Shown here piece by piece: positions 23,932 to 34,160 of a stretch of DNA of 39,440 bases (position 1 is its first letter; every line of letters starts with the position of its first letter). The stretch lies in NCBI GenBank assembly GCA_013152195.1, contig JAADGU010000089.1, forward strand, positions 1-39,440, in the 5' to 3' direction. This DNA is from Nitrospirota bacterium (lineage in GTDB: Bacteria > Nitrospirota > Thermodesulfovibrionia > Thermodesulfovibrionales > JdFR-85). The position numbers were made by a program, and so were the translations under genes. The notes below the pieces were generated by a model. It made no database searches, was not told the origin of the DNA, and saw nothing but the letters and a program-made list of their open reading frames with translations.

Positions 23932-25200
23932 ATGATAATAGAACCGCAGATTCAACTGTTTGACCTGATAAAGTGTCTCTCCAGGGCCATGGATCTGATT
24001 AGTCCTGCAGTTGTTGATCATCATGAACGGGTAGCCTACATTGCATTCAGTATCGGTGCAGATCTGGGTTTATCAATGGACGAACAGAACGATCTGATAA
24101 TGGCAGGAGCACTGCATGACAGCGGTGCACTCTCCCTTGAGGAGAGGTTGGACGCTCTGGAGTTTGAAACCAGAAATCCACATAAGCATGCTGAATTAGG
24201 CTACATGCTTATGCGGGGCTTTGAACCACTCTCAACAGCAGCCCTGCTTGTACGACACCATCATGTCCCCTGGAATAACGGGGAAGGAGTAGAGTTCCGG
24301 GGGAATGAGGTATTGAGAAGCAGCCATATTCTGCATTTAGCTGACAGGGTAGCTGTGCTTGTAAACAATCAGCAGGAAGTGCTTGGACAGGGAGATAATA
24401 TTTGTGAGAGGATCAGGGAACAATCAGGAAAGATGTTTATGCCCCAACTGGTTGATGTCTTTAATGATCTGGCCACGAGAGAATATTTCTGGCTTGATGT
24501 TGTTTCCCACTCAATAAGCTCTGTACTGCAGGGAATGGCAAGCTTGAAAACAGTTAAGCTGGATATGGAAGGCCTCCTTTGTCTGTCGAACCTGTTTCGT
24601 CAGATTATCGACTTCAGGAGCCGCTTCACCGCTAATCACTCTGCAGGTGTGGCAGCATGTGCTGTGGCCCTGTCCGATTTTGCCGGTTTTTCTGAACGTG
24701 AATGCCGGATGATGAGGATTGCCGGTCATTTACATGATTTAGGCAAGCTTGCTGTGCCGGTAGAGATACTTGAGAAGGAGGCAAGATTGACACCTGACGA
24801 GGTCAGGGTTATTAAAAGCCATACCTTTTACACTTACCGTATTCTTGAGCATATAAGTGCCCTTGATATCATTAATGCATGGGGCTCATTTCACCATGAA
24901 CGTATAGATGGTGCCGGTTATCCCTTCCATCATGAAGGCCGGGACCTGTCCCTGGGATCCAGGATTATGGCAGTTGCAGATGTTTTTACCGCCATTACAG
25001 AGGACCGTCCATACAGGAAAGGAATGAGCAAGGATAGGGCGATAGGGGTTCTCAGGCAAATGTCTGATGAGATGGCCCTGGATTCCAGTATCGTATCATT
25101 GCTGTTTCAGCACTTTGATGAAATTAACTCATTTCGTGCAACTGCCCAGCATTCATCGGTTAAGGAATATAATAGATTTTTGCAACAAGCGAATCAATAA
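23932..25200 (+). CDS. Tandem HD-domain protein: degenerate N-terminal HD plus C-terminal HD-GYP (putative c-di-GMP phosphodiesterase)
   Basis: First domain 'HHERVAYIA...GALHDSG'. Second domain 'HSAGVAA...GHLHDLGKLAVP...HHERIDGAGYP'. Confidence 0.8.
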   Translation: MIIEPQIQLFDLIKCLSRAMDLISPAVVDHHERVAYIAFSIGADLGLSMDEQNDLIMAGALHDSGALSLEERLDALEFETRNPHKHAELGYMLMRGFEPLSTAALLVRHHHVPWNNGEGVEFRGNEVLRSSHILHLADRVAVLVNNQQEVLGQGDNICERIREQSGKMFMPQLVDVFNDLATREYFWLDVVSHSISSVLQGMASLKTVKLDMEGLLCLSNLFRQIIDFRSRFTANHSAGVAACAVALSDFAGFSERECRMMRIAGHLHDLGKLAVPVEILEKEARLTPDEVRVIKSHTFYTYRILEHISALDIINAWGSFHHERIDGAGYPFHHEGRDLSLGSRIMAVADVFTAITEDRPYRKGMSKDRAIGVLRQMSDEMALDSSIVSLLFQHFDEINSFRATAQHSSVKEYNRFLQQANQ

Positions 25201-25730
25201 TTATCAGATAAAATTTTTGTGGCCAGCACATTTTTCATAATCCTGAGGGCGGCATCATGATCTTCAGGAGCTGTTCCTGCCACCCCGTCCTTTACCACCT
25301 CAACATCATATCCTCTTAACACTGCATCGGATGCTGTGAAGAGTATGCAGATATGAGTAACACATCCTGTGAGGCGGAGTGTGTTTACCCCAAGGGTTTT
25401 AAGAGTGCTGTCGAGTTTTGTCCTGTAAAAACCGGAGTATGTGGTTTTTTCAATAATAATGTCACGCTTGGAAGGTTTCAGTTTATCAATAATCTGAGCG
25501 CCGATGGTACCCTTGACGGCATGTGCAGGCCACTTAAAACGCTTAAACTCTATGTCATCAGGTTCATGAGCGTCACATATATAAATGATTTGTCTGCCCT
25601 CTCTGTTGGCGTGCTCTATCTCCTTCTTTATGGAGGGGATGATTTTTCTTGTATCCGGAACCTCAAGAGGCGCTCCTTCTCTTACAAAATCGTTCAGCAT
25701 ATCAATTACAAGCAAAGCATTTTTTGACAT
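25194..25730 (-). CDS. Isochorismatase-family cysteine hydrolase (nicotinamidase-like)
   Basis: 'ALLVIDMLNDF', 'IEKTTYSGF', 'LTGCVTHICI'. Start at ATG 25730 after GAGGAGG. Confidence 0.8.
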   Translation of the reverse strand: MSKNALLVIDMLNDFVREGAPLEVPDTRKIIPSIKKEIEHANREGRQIIYICDAHEPDDIEFKRFKWPAHAVKGTIGAQIIDKLKPSKRDIIIEKTTYSGFYRTKLDSTLKTLGVNTLRLTGCVTHICILFTASDAVLRGYDVEVVKDGVAGTAPEDHDAALRIMKNVLATKILSDNY

Positions 25731-25850
25731 ATCAACCTCCTCATACTGTAAGCTTTCAGTAACTGGTAAGCAGCCGTTTGTTTCAGGCATATGCTGCTAA
25801 AGACTTAATGTCAGGTTCTGGCTGGGAACTGATTGTTTATTTCTGACTGC

Positions 25851-26732
25851 TTACCTGATAATCTCTGTCCCTATTCCCTCTTCAGTGAATATCTCAAGCA
25901 GCAGGCAATGGGGGACCCTTCCGTCCACTATATGGGTCTTGCTGACACCGCTCTTCAGTGCCTCAACACAGGCCTGTACCTTTGGTATCATTCCTCCTGA
26001 GATGGTTCCTTCATCAAAGAGTGTATTCAGATTCTTCTTTTTAACAGTGGAGAGGATTTCTCCCTTCCTGTCAAGGATTCCGGGCACATCTGTCATCAAA
26101 ATCAGTTTTTCAGCCTTCAGGGCCGAGGCAAGTGAAGCCGCCACATAGTCTGCATTTATATTCAGTGTCTCCCTCTCAGCACCTGCGCCAACAGGGGCAA
26201 CAACAGGTATAAACCCATTACGTTCGAGGCTAACCAGTACATCAGGGGTTATTTCTTTTACTTCTCCAACAAGACCCAGGTCTATAATCTCATCAGCCCC
26301 TGTCTCTGGTGAAGGCATCTTTATGACCTTTTTTGCTGCACGAATCAGTCCGGCATCTTTTCCTGTCAGACCCACAGCCTTTCCTCCATGACGGTTAATG
26401 AGTGTAACGATCTCCTTATTGACAAGCCCTCCCAACACCATCTCAACGATATCAATGGTCTCCTTGTCAGTAACCCTCTGTCCATGAATAAAGGTGGGGG
26501 TTTTGCCCATTTTTTTCATGATCTCGGAGATCTTTGGTCCACCACCATGAACAATTACTGTATTGATGCCAATATAGTTGAGCAATACCACATCCTGGGC
26601 AAAGGCATCCATCAGTGCCGGTTTGATCTGAGCCGCGCCCCCGTATTTTATTACAAAGGTCTTTCCATAGAACTTTTTGATGTAGGGGAGGGACTCAATC
26701 AGTATTTCTGCCTTTTCAATCAATTTTTTCAT
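25851..26732 (-). CDS. argB: Acetylglutamate kinase
   Basis: 'FVIKYGGAA', 'VIVHGGGPKI', 'INADYVA', 'LILMTDVPGI', 'GGMIPKV'. Confidence 0.9.
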   Translation of the reverse strand: MKKLIEKAEILIESLPYIKKFYGKTFVIKYGGAAQIKPALMDAFAQDVVLLNYIGINTVIVHGGGPKISEIMKKMGKTPTFIHGQRVTDKETIDIVEMVLGGLVNKEIVTLINRHGGKAVGLTGKDAGLIRAAKKVIKMPSPETGADEIIDLGLVGEVKEITPDVLVSLERNGFIPVVAPVGAGAERETLNINADYVAASLASALKAEKLILMTDVPGILDRKGEILSTVKKKNLNTLFDEGTISGGMIPKVQACVEALKSGVSKTHIVDGRVPHCLLLEIFTEEGIGTEIIR

Positions 26733-26905
26733 GCCTTTTCACCTGACAATTTATTGGATCCCGTGATTTTGCGCTAACGACTCAGGCAAAATCAAGCAGG
26801 TTTTTATTCTGAAAACCGGTGTTTATTTTAACACATTGATTGTCCTGTCTGCTCTTGAATCAATTTGAAATTTCAGGCAGGGGAGGGGACAAGAGGGGGA
26901 TCCGG

Positions 26906-27394
26906 TTACCCGGTATGTATTTCCTTCAGGTAGCGGAAGAGCAGCCGTGATGCCCTGGGAGATTTATTGTTTAGTTGTTCCTTTTCCGCATTCCGTATGA
27001 GTTGAGTCAATTTCTGCCGGTCTGCATCCGGGCATTTTGTTAATATCTCCTCAATGAGGGCTCTGTTTCCGGCTATCAGCTCGTCTCTCCATCTCTCCAT
27101 CTCTTTAAATTCCAGGGCTTTTCTGTAGTTTCCCTGCTCAAGGTGACCAAGGGCCTCACGAATAGGTTCAGTATCACATCTTCGCATCAGGGTGCCGATA
27201 TACTGCAGCTGCCTTCGGAGCGCCCCGTGTTTTCTGATTGTCTTTGCAAACATCACGGCATCGTGGATTTCTGTCGGCAGGTTAATCCCCTCGAGCTGTT
27301 CTTTCGAGAGTTTCACGAGTTGTTCTCCGAGCGCCTGTAGGGAGAGGGCTTCTTTTTTCTTCTGTGTTTTACTTATTTCTTCCATTTTTTCCAT
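26906..27394 (-). CDS. yjgA: Ribosome-associated protein YjgA (DUF615 family)
   Basis: 'SKTQKKKEALSLQALGEQLVKLS', 'HGALRRQLQYIGTLMR'. Size is about 160 aa. Confidence 0.7.
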   Translation of the reverse strand: MEKMEEISKTQKKKEALSLQALGEQLVKLSKEQLEGINLPTEIHDAVMFAKTIRKHGALRRQLQYIGTLMRRCDTEPIREALGHLEQGNYRKALEFKEMERWRDELIAGNRALIEEILTKCPDADRQKLTQLIRNAEKEQLNNKSPRASRLLFRYLKEIHTG

Positions 27395-27409
27395 TCCTGT
27401 TTGTTAAAC

Positions 27410-27446
27410 TTAAAGTTGATGAAGCCGTAAAAAGTCTGAAAGTGCC
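27410..27446 (+). repeat. Solo copy of an internal segment of the def-fmt spacer element (shares TTAAAGTTGATGAA plus a partially conserved tail with 34731-34767)
   Basis: 14/14 identity for 'ttaaagttgatgaa' (27410-27423 vs 34731-34744), then 14/23 matches including 'taaaaa' and 'gaaag..cc'. Confidence 0.6.
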
Positions 27447-27454
27447 TTTTTTTG

Positions 27455-28594
27455 TTAAAACAACTCATATTTTACCAGTCTGCCGTCAAGGCCGCCTGTC
27501 TTTAACGGTTTTTTCCATGTGGCCCTCAGCCCCAGTTTTTTTATGAATTCCCGTTCGCCAAAATAAATATAGGCTGTAGAGCCCGTGCATTTCTTCTTCA
27601 GAAAATCACCAAGCGATTTGTACAGGAGTTCAAGCTCCGCTTTTTTTCCCATGCGGATACCGTAAGGAGGGTTTGTGATGATAACCCCGTTCTTCAGGCC
27701 TTCGCTTTCCCTGAAATCAAGCACCTGGAGCCTTATTTTGTCTCCGTACTGCAGGCTCCTGCAGTTTATCCTTGATATTTCAACTGCTTTGGGAGATAAA
27801 TCACTTCCGGAGATAAGTTCATCCGGCAATTCGCGGATTTGACGGTCAAGTCCTTTTTTTACCATTGTCCATACTGATCTGTCATAGTCCGGCAGATATT
27901 CAAATCCAAAGTGTTTGCGATAAATGCCGGAAGGAATCCTGCAGTAATGCATCAGTGCCTCACAGAGCAGGGTGCCGGAGCCGCACATCGGATCATAAAG
28001 CGGAACAGCGCCGTTCCATTCTGCATATCTGATAATCGCAGCGGCAACTGTCTCCTGCATAGGTGCAGCAAGGGCATCCTTTCTGTAGCCCCTCCGATGA
28101 AGGGAACCTCCGGAGGTGTCCAGACTTATGGTGGCCTTGTCCTTTCTTATGTAGAGATTAAGCCATACATCAGGGGTTTTCGGATCAATGTCAGGCCTCT
28201 TTCCGGTTATCTCACGAAATGAGTCAACAATTGCATCTTTCAGACACAGGGATGCATAATGTGAATTGTTTATCTGACTGTTTGATACGTTACCGAAGAC
28301 AGCAAATGTCTTTTCCACAGAAATAAAATCCGCCCAGTTTATCTGCTTTGCCCTTTTGTATAGTTGATCAGTAGACCTGCAATTAAAAGATATCAGAGGT
28401 GCAAGTATTTTTGATGCGAGTCTTGTGGCATAATTGACTCGATAAAGCGTTGCTTTATCGGCACTGAAATGAATCCCGCTGTATTCGGGGCTGATCGCCT
28501 CTGCCCCGAGTTCGGACAGTTCCCGGGCTCCCAGTTCCTTTATGCCATCCGCAATCTGTGCAAAAAAACCATTGGTCTTCTGGTATTCATACAT
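27455..28594 (-). CDS. THUMP-domain class I SAM-dependent RNA methyltransferase (RlmL/COG0116-like)
   Basis: N-terminal THUMP-like region. 'DPMCGSGTLLCEA' SAM motif. Catalytic 'NPPYGIRMG'. Confidence 0.8.
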   Translation of the reverse strand: MYEYQKTNGFFAQIADGIKELGARELSELGAEAISPEYSGIHFSADKATLYRVNYATRLASKILAPLISFNCRSTDQLYKRAKQINWADFISVEKTFAVFGNVSNSQINNSHYASLCLKDAIVDSFREITGKRPDIDPKTPDVWLNLYIRKDKATISLDTSGGSLHRRGYRKDALAAPMQETVAAAIIRYAEWNGAVPLYDPMCGSGTLLCEALMHYCRIPSGIYRKHFGFEYLPDYDRSVWTMVKKGLDRQIRELPDELISGSDLSPKAVEISRINCRSLQYGDKIRLQVLDFRESEGLKNGVIITNPPYGIRMGKKAELELLYKSLGDFLKKKCTGSTAYIYFGEREFIKKLGLRATWKKPLKTGGLDGRLVKYELF

Positions 28595-28633
28595 AAATAA
28601 TTTCGGGGAAAAGCCGGTTCAGATTCTTTAACC

Positions 28634-29209
28634 TCATCCTTCTGCACAGGGAATGCAGACGGTTTTGCCGTTCTTCAGCCGGGTCCTTGTCTCCATTACC
28701 TTCTCCCCGCAAAGGGCGCAACTAAGCGAAGGATGTATCCTTGCTTCTTTTGGCAGCTCTATCTCGGTCTTTTTCACATCAAACAGCTCACTGTCTGCTG
28801 CGTCCATTATAGCCGCTGTCTTTCCTGCCTTTCTGTCATGCACTGCCTTTAAAACCTCTTCAGACCTGTCTCCTTCCGCATACCTCTTCCACATCTCTTT
28901 CACTTCTGTGGTTTCCGGGGGAGGAGTCCACTTAACGGCAATCCTTAACGCCTTCCCGGAAGGTCTTTTTACAAATGTATAAACCTGTTTACCGTAGTCC
29001 CGGAATATGAGATTGCCTTTTCCGAAAGTGCACCCTGTCATTACCTGAATGGCATCCACGGCACAGGAATTGTTCTCTACAATTGCAACTAACTCCTCAT
29101 CTTCAGACCTTGGACCAAGCTCCCTGAGCACTAATTCCGAGACCCTGTAGCCAAGGGCAAGGCCGGGACATACATGTCCGTGAAACCTTACCACATCTTC
29201 AAATGTCAT
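28634..29209 (-). CDS. FmdE-family protein with C-terminal zinc-ribbon
   Basis: 'FHGHVCPGLALGYR', 'NSCAVDAIQV', C-terminal 'CALCGEKV...CIPC'. Confidence 0.75.
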   Translation of the reverse strand: MTFEDVVRFHGHVCPGLALGYRVSELVLRELGPRSEDEELVAIVENNSCAVDAIQVMTGCTFGKGNLIFRDYGKQVYTFVKRPSGKALRIAVKWTPPPETTEVKEMWKRYAEGDRSEEVLKAVHDRKAGKTAAIMDAADSELFDVKKTEIELPKEARIHPSLSCALCGEKVMETRTRLKNGKTVCIPCAEG

Positions 29210-29865
29210 TAAAGCACCTCTCTGTATTTCGTTATGAGTATCCTGTAGCCCTCACTGGATAGCTTTGCAGCCAGTCTGTCAGCATGTTTGCGGTCAGAGA
29301 ACTTTCCTATCATGACCCTGTAGTAACGTTTACCCTTTATCGTGATTTTTCTTATGTAGACCTTACGGTATGTACGTGAAAGAGCTGACTTAAGATCGCC
29401 GGCGTTTTTATAATTACTGAATGATGCTATCTGTATGGTAAATGGACCGGCGGAAGAGGAGACATACTTTACCGGCCGGACAAAGGACATGTCCCTTCCC
29501 ATATAATCCACGCGCACCCTTGCAGTGCCTTTATGTATCAATCCTATCTTTTTTGCAGCTCCGTATGAAAGGTCTATATCCCTGCCCCGTATAAAAGGTC
29601 CCCGGTCGTTAACCTTTACCACAACCGAGCGCCCGTTTTCCGGGTTGGTAACCTTGAGCTTTGTACCAAAGGGCAGGGTCTTGTGTGCTGCTGTCCTGGC
29701 ATACATATTGTAAGTCTCGCCCGAGGCGGTCAGCCTTCCGTGGAATTTCTTGCCGTACCAGGAGGCAACCATGTAACGGTCTCCAGGCCTTGTTTCATGT
29801 ATTGAGGAGGCGCATGCCGGTAACAGCAATACAATAATTATTAAAAGCAGCAGAGGCCTTTTCAT
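29209..29865 (-). CDS. rlpA: Septal ring lytic transglycosylase RlpA-family lipoprotein with C-terminal SPOR domain
   Basis: Lipobox 'LLPAC'. DPBB motif '[17 protein letters not shown]', 'VKVNDRGPF'. SPOR-like '[14 protein letters not shown]'. Confidence 0.85.
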   Translation of the reverse strand: MKRPLLLLIIIVLLLPACASSIHETRPGDRYMVASWYGKKFHGRLTASGETYNMYARTAAHKTLPFGTKLKVTNPENGRSVVVKVNDRGPFIRGRDIDLSYGAAKKIGLIHKGTARVRVDYMGRDMSFVRPVKYVSSSAGPFTIQIASFSNYKNAGDLKSALSRTYRKVYIRKITIKGKRYYRVMIGKFSDRKHADRLAAKLSSEGYRILITKYREVL

Positions 29866-29876
29866 ATCAGGGACTC

Positions 29877-31289
29877 CTACAGAATATACCTGCTCAGATC
29901 CTCGTCCTTCACAATCTCACTTAATTTTTCTCTCACATAGTTACTGTCTATTGTCAGTGAAGTGTTTCTTTTCTCAGGGGCATCAAAGGATATCTCTTCA
30001 AGGAGTTTTTCGAGTATGGTATGGAGCCTCCTTGCCCCGATGTTTTCAGTCTTCTCATTGACTGTGGCTGCAATGGACGCTATCTCGTCAATAGCGTCAT
30101 CGGTAAAGTGTATATCCACCTCTTCTGTTGCAAGAAGGGCGATGTACTGCTTTACAAGTGCGTTGTCAGGTTCTGTAAGGATACGGATAAAATCCTCCTT
30201 ACCAAGTGACTCAAGCTCGACCCTTATAGGAAACCTTCCCTGGAGCTCGGGGATCAGGTCAGACGGTTTGGCCATATGAAAGGCGCCGGCTGCAATGAAG
30301 AGTATGTGTTCCGTGCGGACAGGTCCGTGTTTGGTGGTTACAGTTGTTCCTTCAACTATGGGCAGGAGGTCCCTCTGGACTCCCTCTCTTGATACATCAG
30401 GTCCCTGGGCGGAGCCCCTTGAAGCGACCTTGTCTATCTCATCAAGAAATACTATTCCGGTCTGCTCAGTGCGCCTTATGGCCTCTTTTGTTACCATATC
30501 CATATCAATTAATTTATCCGCCTCTTCACGTGTGAGTAACTGAACGGCCTCGGCGACCTTGACCTTTTTTCTCTTTGGCTTTTCAGGAAGGAAACTGCCA
30601 AGCATCTCTTTCAGGTTGATCTCAAGATCCTCAAGTCCAACATTTGAGATAACCCCAAGGGGCATCACCTTTTCCTTGACCTCAATCTCCACGTAACGGG
30701 AGTCGAACTTTCCCTCCCTGAGTTGAGCCCGCAGTTTTTCCCTTGTATCTGAATGTTTCTGTTTCTCTTCCTCTCCCTGGTCTGTTTCCTTAAACCCCTT
30801 TCTCGGAAACGGCAGCAAGAGGTCGAGAAGCCTTTCCTCTGCAAGGCTCTTTGCCTTTTCCTGAACCTTTGTAAAGTGCTCGGTCTTGACCATGTTGACG
30901 GCAATCTCGGTAATGTCCCTTATTATGGATTCCACGTCCCTTCCAACATAACCGACTTCCGTAAACTTTGATGCCTCCACCTTCATGAATGGTGCATTTG
31001 CAAGCTTTGAAAGCCTCCTTGCAATCTCTGTTTTTCCAACACCGGTGGAACCGATCATTATGATATTCTTGGGCAGGACTTCATCGCGCAGTTCGGGACT
31101 CAACCGCTGCCTCCTCCATCTGTTCCTCAGTGCAATGGCAACGGCTTTCTTGGCATTATGCTGCCCTATAATAAACTTGTCAAGCTCTTCAACAATCCGT
31201 CTTGGTGTCAGCCCCTCAAGTGTGGTCTTTCCCTCTGTTTGTGGGGTTTTTTGCTCTGTCACATCTTCAGTCTTCTCCAGAATTTTCAT
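29877..31289 (-). CDS. hslU: ATP-dependent protease ATPase subunit HslU
   Basis: '[17 protein letters not shown]', Walker A '[14 protein letters not shown]', 'IVFLDEIDK', 'FIAAGAF'. Start at ATG 31289 after GAGGAG. Confidence 0.9.
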   Translation of the reverse strand: MKILEKTEDVTEQKTPQTEGKTTLEGLTPRRIVEELDKFIIGQHNAKKAVAIALRNRWRRQRLSPELRDEVLPKNIIMIGSTGVGKTEIARRLSKLANAPFMKVEASKFTEVGYVGRDVESIIRDITEIAVNMVKTEHFTKVQEKAKSLAEERLLDLLLPFPRKGFKETDQGEEEKQKHSDTREKLRAQLREGKFDSRYVEIEVKEKVMPLGVISNVGLEDLEINLKEMLGSFLPEKPKRKKVKVAEAVQLLTREEADKLIDMDMVTKEAIRRTEQTGIVFLDEIDKVASRGSAQGPDVSREGVQRDLLPIVEGTTVTTKHGPVRTEHILFIAAGAFHMAKPSDLIPELQGRFPIRVELESLGKEDFIRILTEPDNALVKQYIALLATEEVDIHFTDDAIDEIASIAATVNEKTENIGARRLHTILEKLLEEISFDAPEKRNTSLTIDSNYVREKLSEIVKDEDLSRYIL

Positions 31290-31290
31290 T

Positions 31291-31818
31291 TTATAACTCC
31301 TCAATTATTATTCGTTCATTTGTGTAAATGCATATGTCGGCTGCAATCTTCATGGACTTCTCAACTATCTCTCCGGCTTCAAGCGATGTATTTTGATAAA
31401 GTGCCTTTGCTGCAGCCTGGGCAAAGGGTCCGCCTGAGCCAATAGCAGCAATTCCTTCTTCCGGCTCAATTACGTCACCTGTCCCGGATATTATAAATGT
31501 ATGCTCTGTATCCGCAACTATGAGGAGGGCTTCAAGCCTCCTGAGTATCTTGTCAGTCCTCCAGTCCTTGGCAAGCTCTACTGCGGCCCTGGTGATGTTG
31601 CCCCTGTAGGATTCAAGTTTTCCTTCAAACTTTTCAAAGAGTGTAAAGGCATCGGCAGTAGCACCCGCAAAACCTGTGAGCACCCTGTCCTGATACATCT
31701 TTCTCGTCTTTCGTGCATTATGCTTCAGGACTGTATTTCCCATTGTCACCTGGCCATCACCGCCAATGGCAACTTTTCCGTCTTTCCTGACGCATAATAT
31801 AGTTGTGCCTCTTATCAT
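31291..31818 (-). CDS. hslV: ATP-dependent protease subunit HslV
   Basis: N-terminal '[20 protein letters not shown]', '[10 protein letters not shown]', 'AIGSGG'. Confidence 0.9.
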   Translation of the reverse strand: MIRGTTILCVRKDGKVAIGGDGQVTMGNTVLKHNARKTRKMYQDRVLTGFAGATADAFTLFEKFEGKLESYRGNITRAAVELAKDWRTDKILRRLEALLIVADTEHTFIISGTGDVIEPEEGIAAIGSGGPFAQAAAKALYQNTSLEAGEIVEKSMKIAADICIYTNERIIIEEL

Positions 31819-31891
31819 TACAGGTCTCCTTGTCCTATCCAGTTAGTGTGTATTCAGAATAAGCATAATTCCATATTATAGCAAAGATACT

Positions 31892-32779
31892 TTATTTTTC
31901 TCCTTTTCTCTTTTTTGCCAGGGGATGGGCATTGTCATAGACATCCATGAGGTGCGAGATGTCCAGATGGGTGTATACCTGTGTGGAGGAGAGAGAGCTG
32001 TGTCCGAGGAGCTCCTGAATAACCCTCAGGTCAGCGCCGCTCTGCAGGAGATGTGTGGCAAAGGTATGTCTGAGTGTATGAGGCCCTATCTTTCCGCCAA
32101 GCCCTGTCTCTCTTGAATACTTTACCACTATCCTTCTGATGCTCCTGTCCGTCAGGCGGGTGCCCTTCCTGTTCAGAAAGACAGACTGAGTCCCCTTTTT
32201 TATCAGCGCCCTCTCTATCAGGTATATCTTTAACGACTCGATTGCCTTGCTTCCCACAGGTACTATCCTCTCCTTTTTCCTTTTGCCCCTCACCTTTATC
32301 AGACCCTCCCTCATGTTGAGGTCTTCCATATCCAGGCCGGCCAGTTCACTCACCCTTACCCCGCTTGAATAGAGGAGCTCAAGGATTGCCCTGTCCCGGG
32401 CCTTCTGAAACCCGATGCCTTCAGGTTTTTCAATAATCGAGAATGTTTCATCAACCGAAAGGAATCTTGGCAACCTCTTCTGTTGTTTCGGGTTTGGCAC
32501 CAGGCGGGCCGGGTTTGAGCTTATATGGCTCTCTCGGTGGAGAAATCTGAAGAATGATCGTAATGTGGCAAGCTGCCTGCTTACTGTAGACCTTTCCCTG
32601 CCGGCCTTCAGGCGGTGGGCAATAAATCCCCTTATATCACTCAACTCTATATCTGCCGGAGATTTCTTCACAAGGGTAAAGAATTCCTGCAGGTCCTTCA
32701 TGTAGGCCCTCAGGGTGTGAGTGGAAGCACCCTTTTCAAGTTCCATAAACCTCAGAAACTCCTTTATGTATTCATTCAT
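31892..32779 (-). CDS. xerC: Tyrosine recombinase XerC/XerD family (CodV-like position)
   Basis: 'RDRAILELLYSSGVRVSEL', 'HTLRHTFATHLL', 'LGHSSLSSTQVYTH'. Its ATGA overlaps the trmFO stop. Confidence 0.85.
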   Translation of the reverse strand: MNEYIKEFLRFMELEKGASTHTLRAYMKDLQEFFTLVKKSPADIELSDIRGFIAHRLKAGRERSTVSRQLATLRSFFRFLHRESHISSNPARLVPNPKQQKRLPRFLSVDETFSIIEKPEGIGFQKARDRAILELLYSSGVRVSELAGLDMEDLNMREGLIKVRGKRKKERIVPVGSKAIESLKIYLIERALIKKGTQSVFLNRKGTRLTDRSIRRIVVKYSRETGLGGKIGPHTLRHTFATHLLQSGADLRVIQELLGHSSLSSTQVYTHLDISHLMDVYDNAHPLAKKRKGEK

Positions 32780-34078
32780 TCAACCGCCCTTATATATTCA
32801 TTCCAGGCTGCAATGGCCTTTTCTACAATATATGCACGCCGCTTTTTCTTGTCTTTGATCCTGATATCAGGTGCGGGAAGGAGCCCGAAGTTAATGTTGC
32901 TTGGCTGAAAACCCTCAGGAGGAGATGTTGTAATATAACGAATCAGTGCCCCATGTGCTGATTCCACTGGCGGTGCAACAAAGCTCATGCCCTTCAGCCT
33001 CCTTGCAGCATTTATACCGGCAAGAACCCCCATGGCCGTGGATTCAATATAACCCTCAACCCCTGAAAGCTGACCCGCAATATAGGTCTCTGGACTTACC
33101 TTGAGAGTAAGGTCGGGGTTCAGAAACATGGGACCATTAATAAAGGTGTTCCTGTGGATGCTTCCATAGCGCATAAAGACTGCATTTTCAAGTCCGGGTA
33201 TGAGTTTAAAAACCCTTTTCTGCTCCGGCCATTTAAGGCGTGTCTGAAACCCTACCATATTATATGCTGATGCGTCCCTGTTTTCAATCCTCAACTGGAC
33301 GACTGCGTACGGTACGTTCCCGGTACGGGGATCAGTCAGCCCAACGGGTTTCATGGGGCCGAAACGCAGGGTATCCTTTCCCCTTCCTGCCATCACCTCA
33401 ACAGGCATGCATCCCTCAAAAACCCTCTCATCCTCAAAGGCCCTCGGGGTTACCATGTCAGCCTCTAAAAGTGCATTATAGAACCTCTCATACTCATCCC
33501 GGTCCATTGGACAGTTCAGGTAGTCAGGCTCTCCCTTTCCGTACCGTGAGGCCCGGAAAACCCTGGAATAATCAATGCTGTCCCTCTATAATCGGGGCTA
33601 TGGCATCGTAGAAATAGAGGTAATCACCTCCGAGCAGTCTCCTCAGTGAGTCAGACAGTGCATCTGAAGTCAGAGGCCCGGTTGCAACAATACAAGGCCC
33701 CGCGGGAACCTCTGCAACCTCTTCCCTTGTTACTTCTATCAGGGGGTGGGTCAATAACCTCTGTGTTATGTATTCGGCAAAGAGCTTTCTGTCAACAGCA
33801 AGGGCAGAGCCGGCGGGTACGCTGCATCCTGCAGCAGCCTCCATTAGCAGAGAGCCGGCCATCCTGAGCTCGTTTTTGAGGAGTCCTGCCGAGGTAACGG
33901 GTTCTTTTGACCTGAGGGAGTTTGAACAGACGAGCTCTCCCAGGAGGTCCGTCTTGTGCGCCCCTGTTGTCTTGTCCGGCCTCATCTCGAGTAACCTTAC
34001 AGTAATTCCCCTCTGAGCTGCCTGCCAGGCTGCCTCACTGCCGGAAAGTCCTCCACCTATGATGGTAAGTGTTTTCAT
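32776..34078 (-). pseudogene. trmFO: tRNA (uracil54-C5)-methyltransferase TrmFO (folate/FAD-dependent), with its frame interrupted at a G3 run (33582-33584 on +). Either a pseudogene or a sequencing indel.
   Basis: N-terminal part 'MKTLTIIGGGLSGSEAAW...YFYDAIAPIIE'. C-terminal frame reads 'DSIDYSRVFRASRYGKGEPDYLNCPMDRDEY...FGPMKPVGL...GFQT.LKW'. True start is ATG 34078; the longer track ORF is a spurious extension. Confidence 0.85.
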
Positions 34079-34146
34079 GATATCAAAAAAAACTTTAATA
34101 ACAGATGCCTGGATATAAATTGTCCGGGACAAAAGATTTCTTGTGT

Positions 34147-34155
34147 TGTTATAAT
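34147..34155 (+). promoter_or_regulatory. Extended -10 box (TGtTATAAT) 5 nt upstream of the def ATG
   Basis: 'tgttataat' at 34147-34155, then 'aaaac', then ATG 34161. No SD is present. Confidence 0.4.
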
Positions 34156-34160
34156 AAAAC

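Noticed and set aside
26765-26795. Hairpin 'gattttgc-N13-gcaaaatc' in the argB-yjgA spacer, considered as a terminator.
   Set aside because: On the minus strand, which is the transcribed strand here, no T-run follows the stem. On the plus strand a T-run follows only after 8 nt, and there is no + strand gene to terminate.
26880-26899. G-rich tract (GGGGAGGGGACAAGAGGGGG) downstream of the yjgA stop, considered as a G-quadruplex.
   Set aside because: It has only three runs of three or more Gs. A fourth run would have to be a GG pair, so G4 potential is weak.
33240-33611. 123-aa plus-strand ORF bridging the two trmFO fragments.
   Set aside because: It is antisense to conserved TrmFO coding sequence in both fragments, and its translation is Pro/Ser/Arg-rich. 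It is a shadow ORF.
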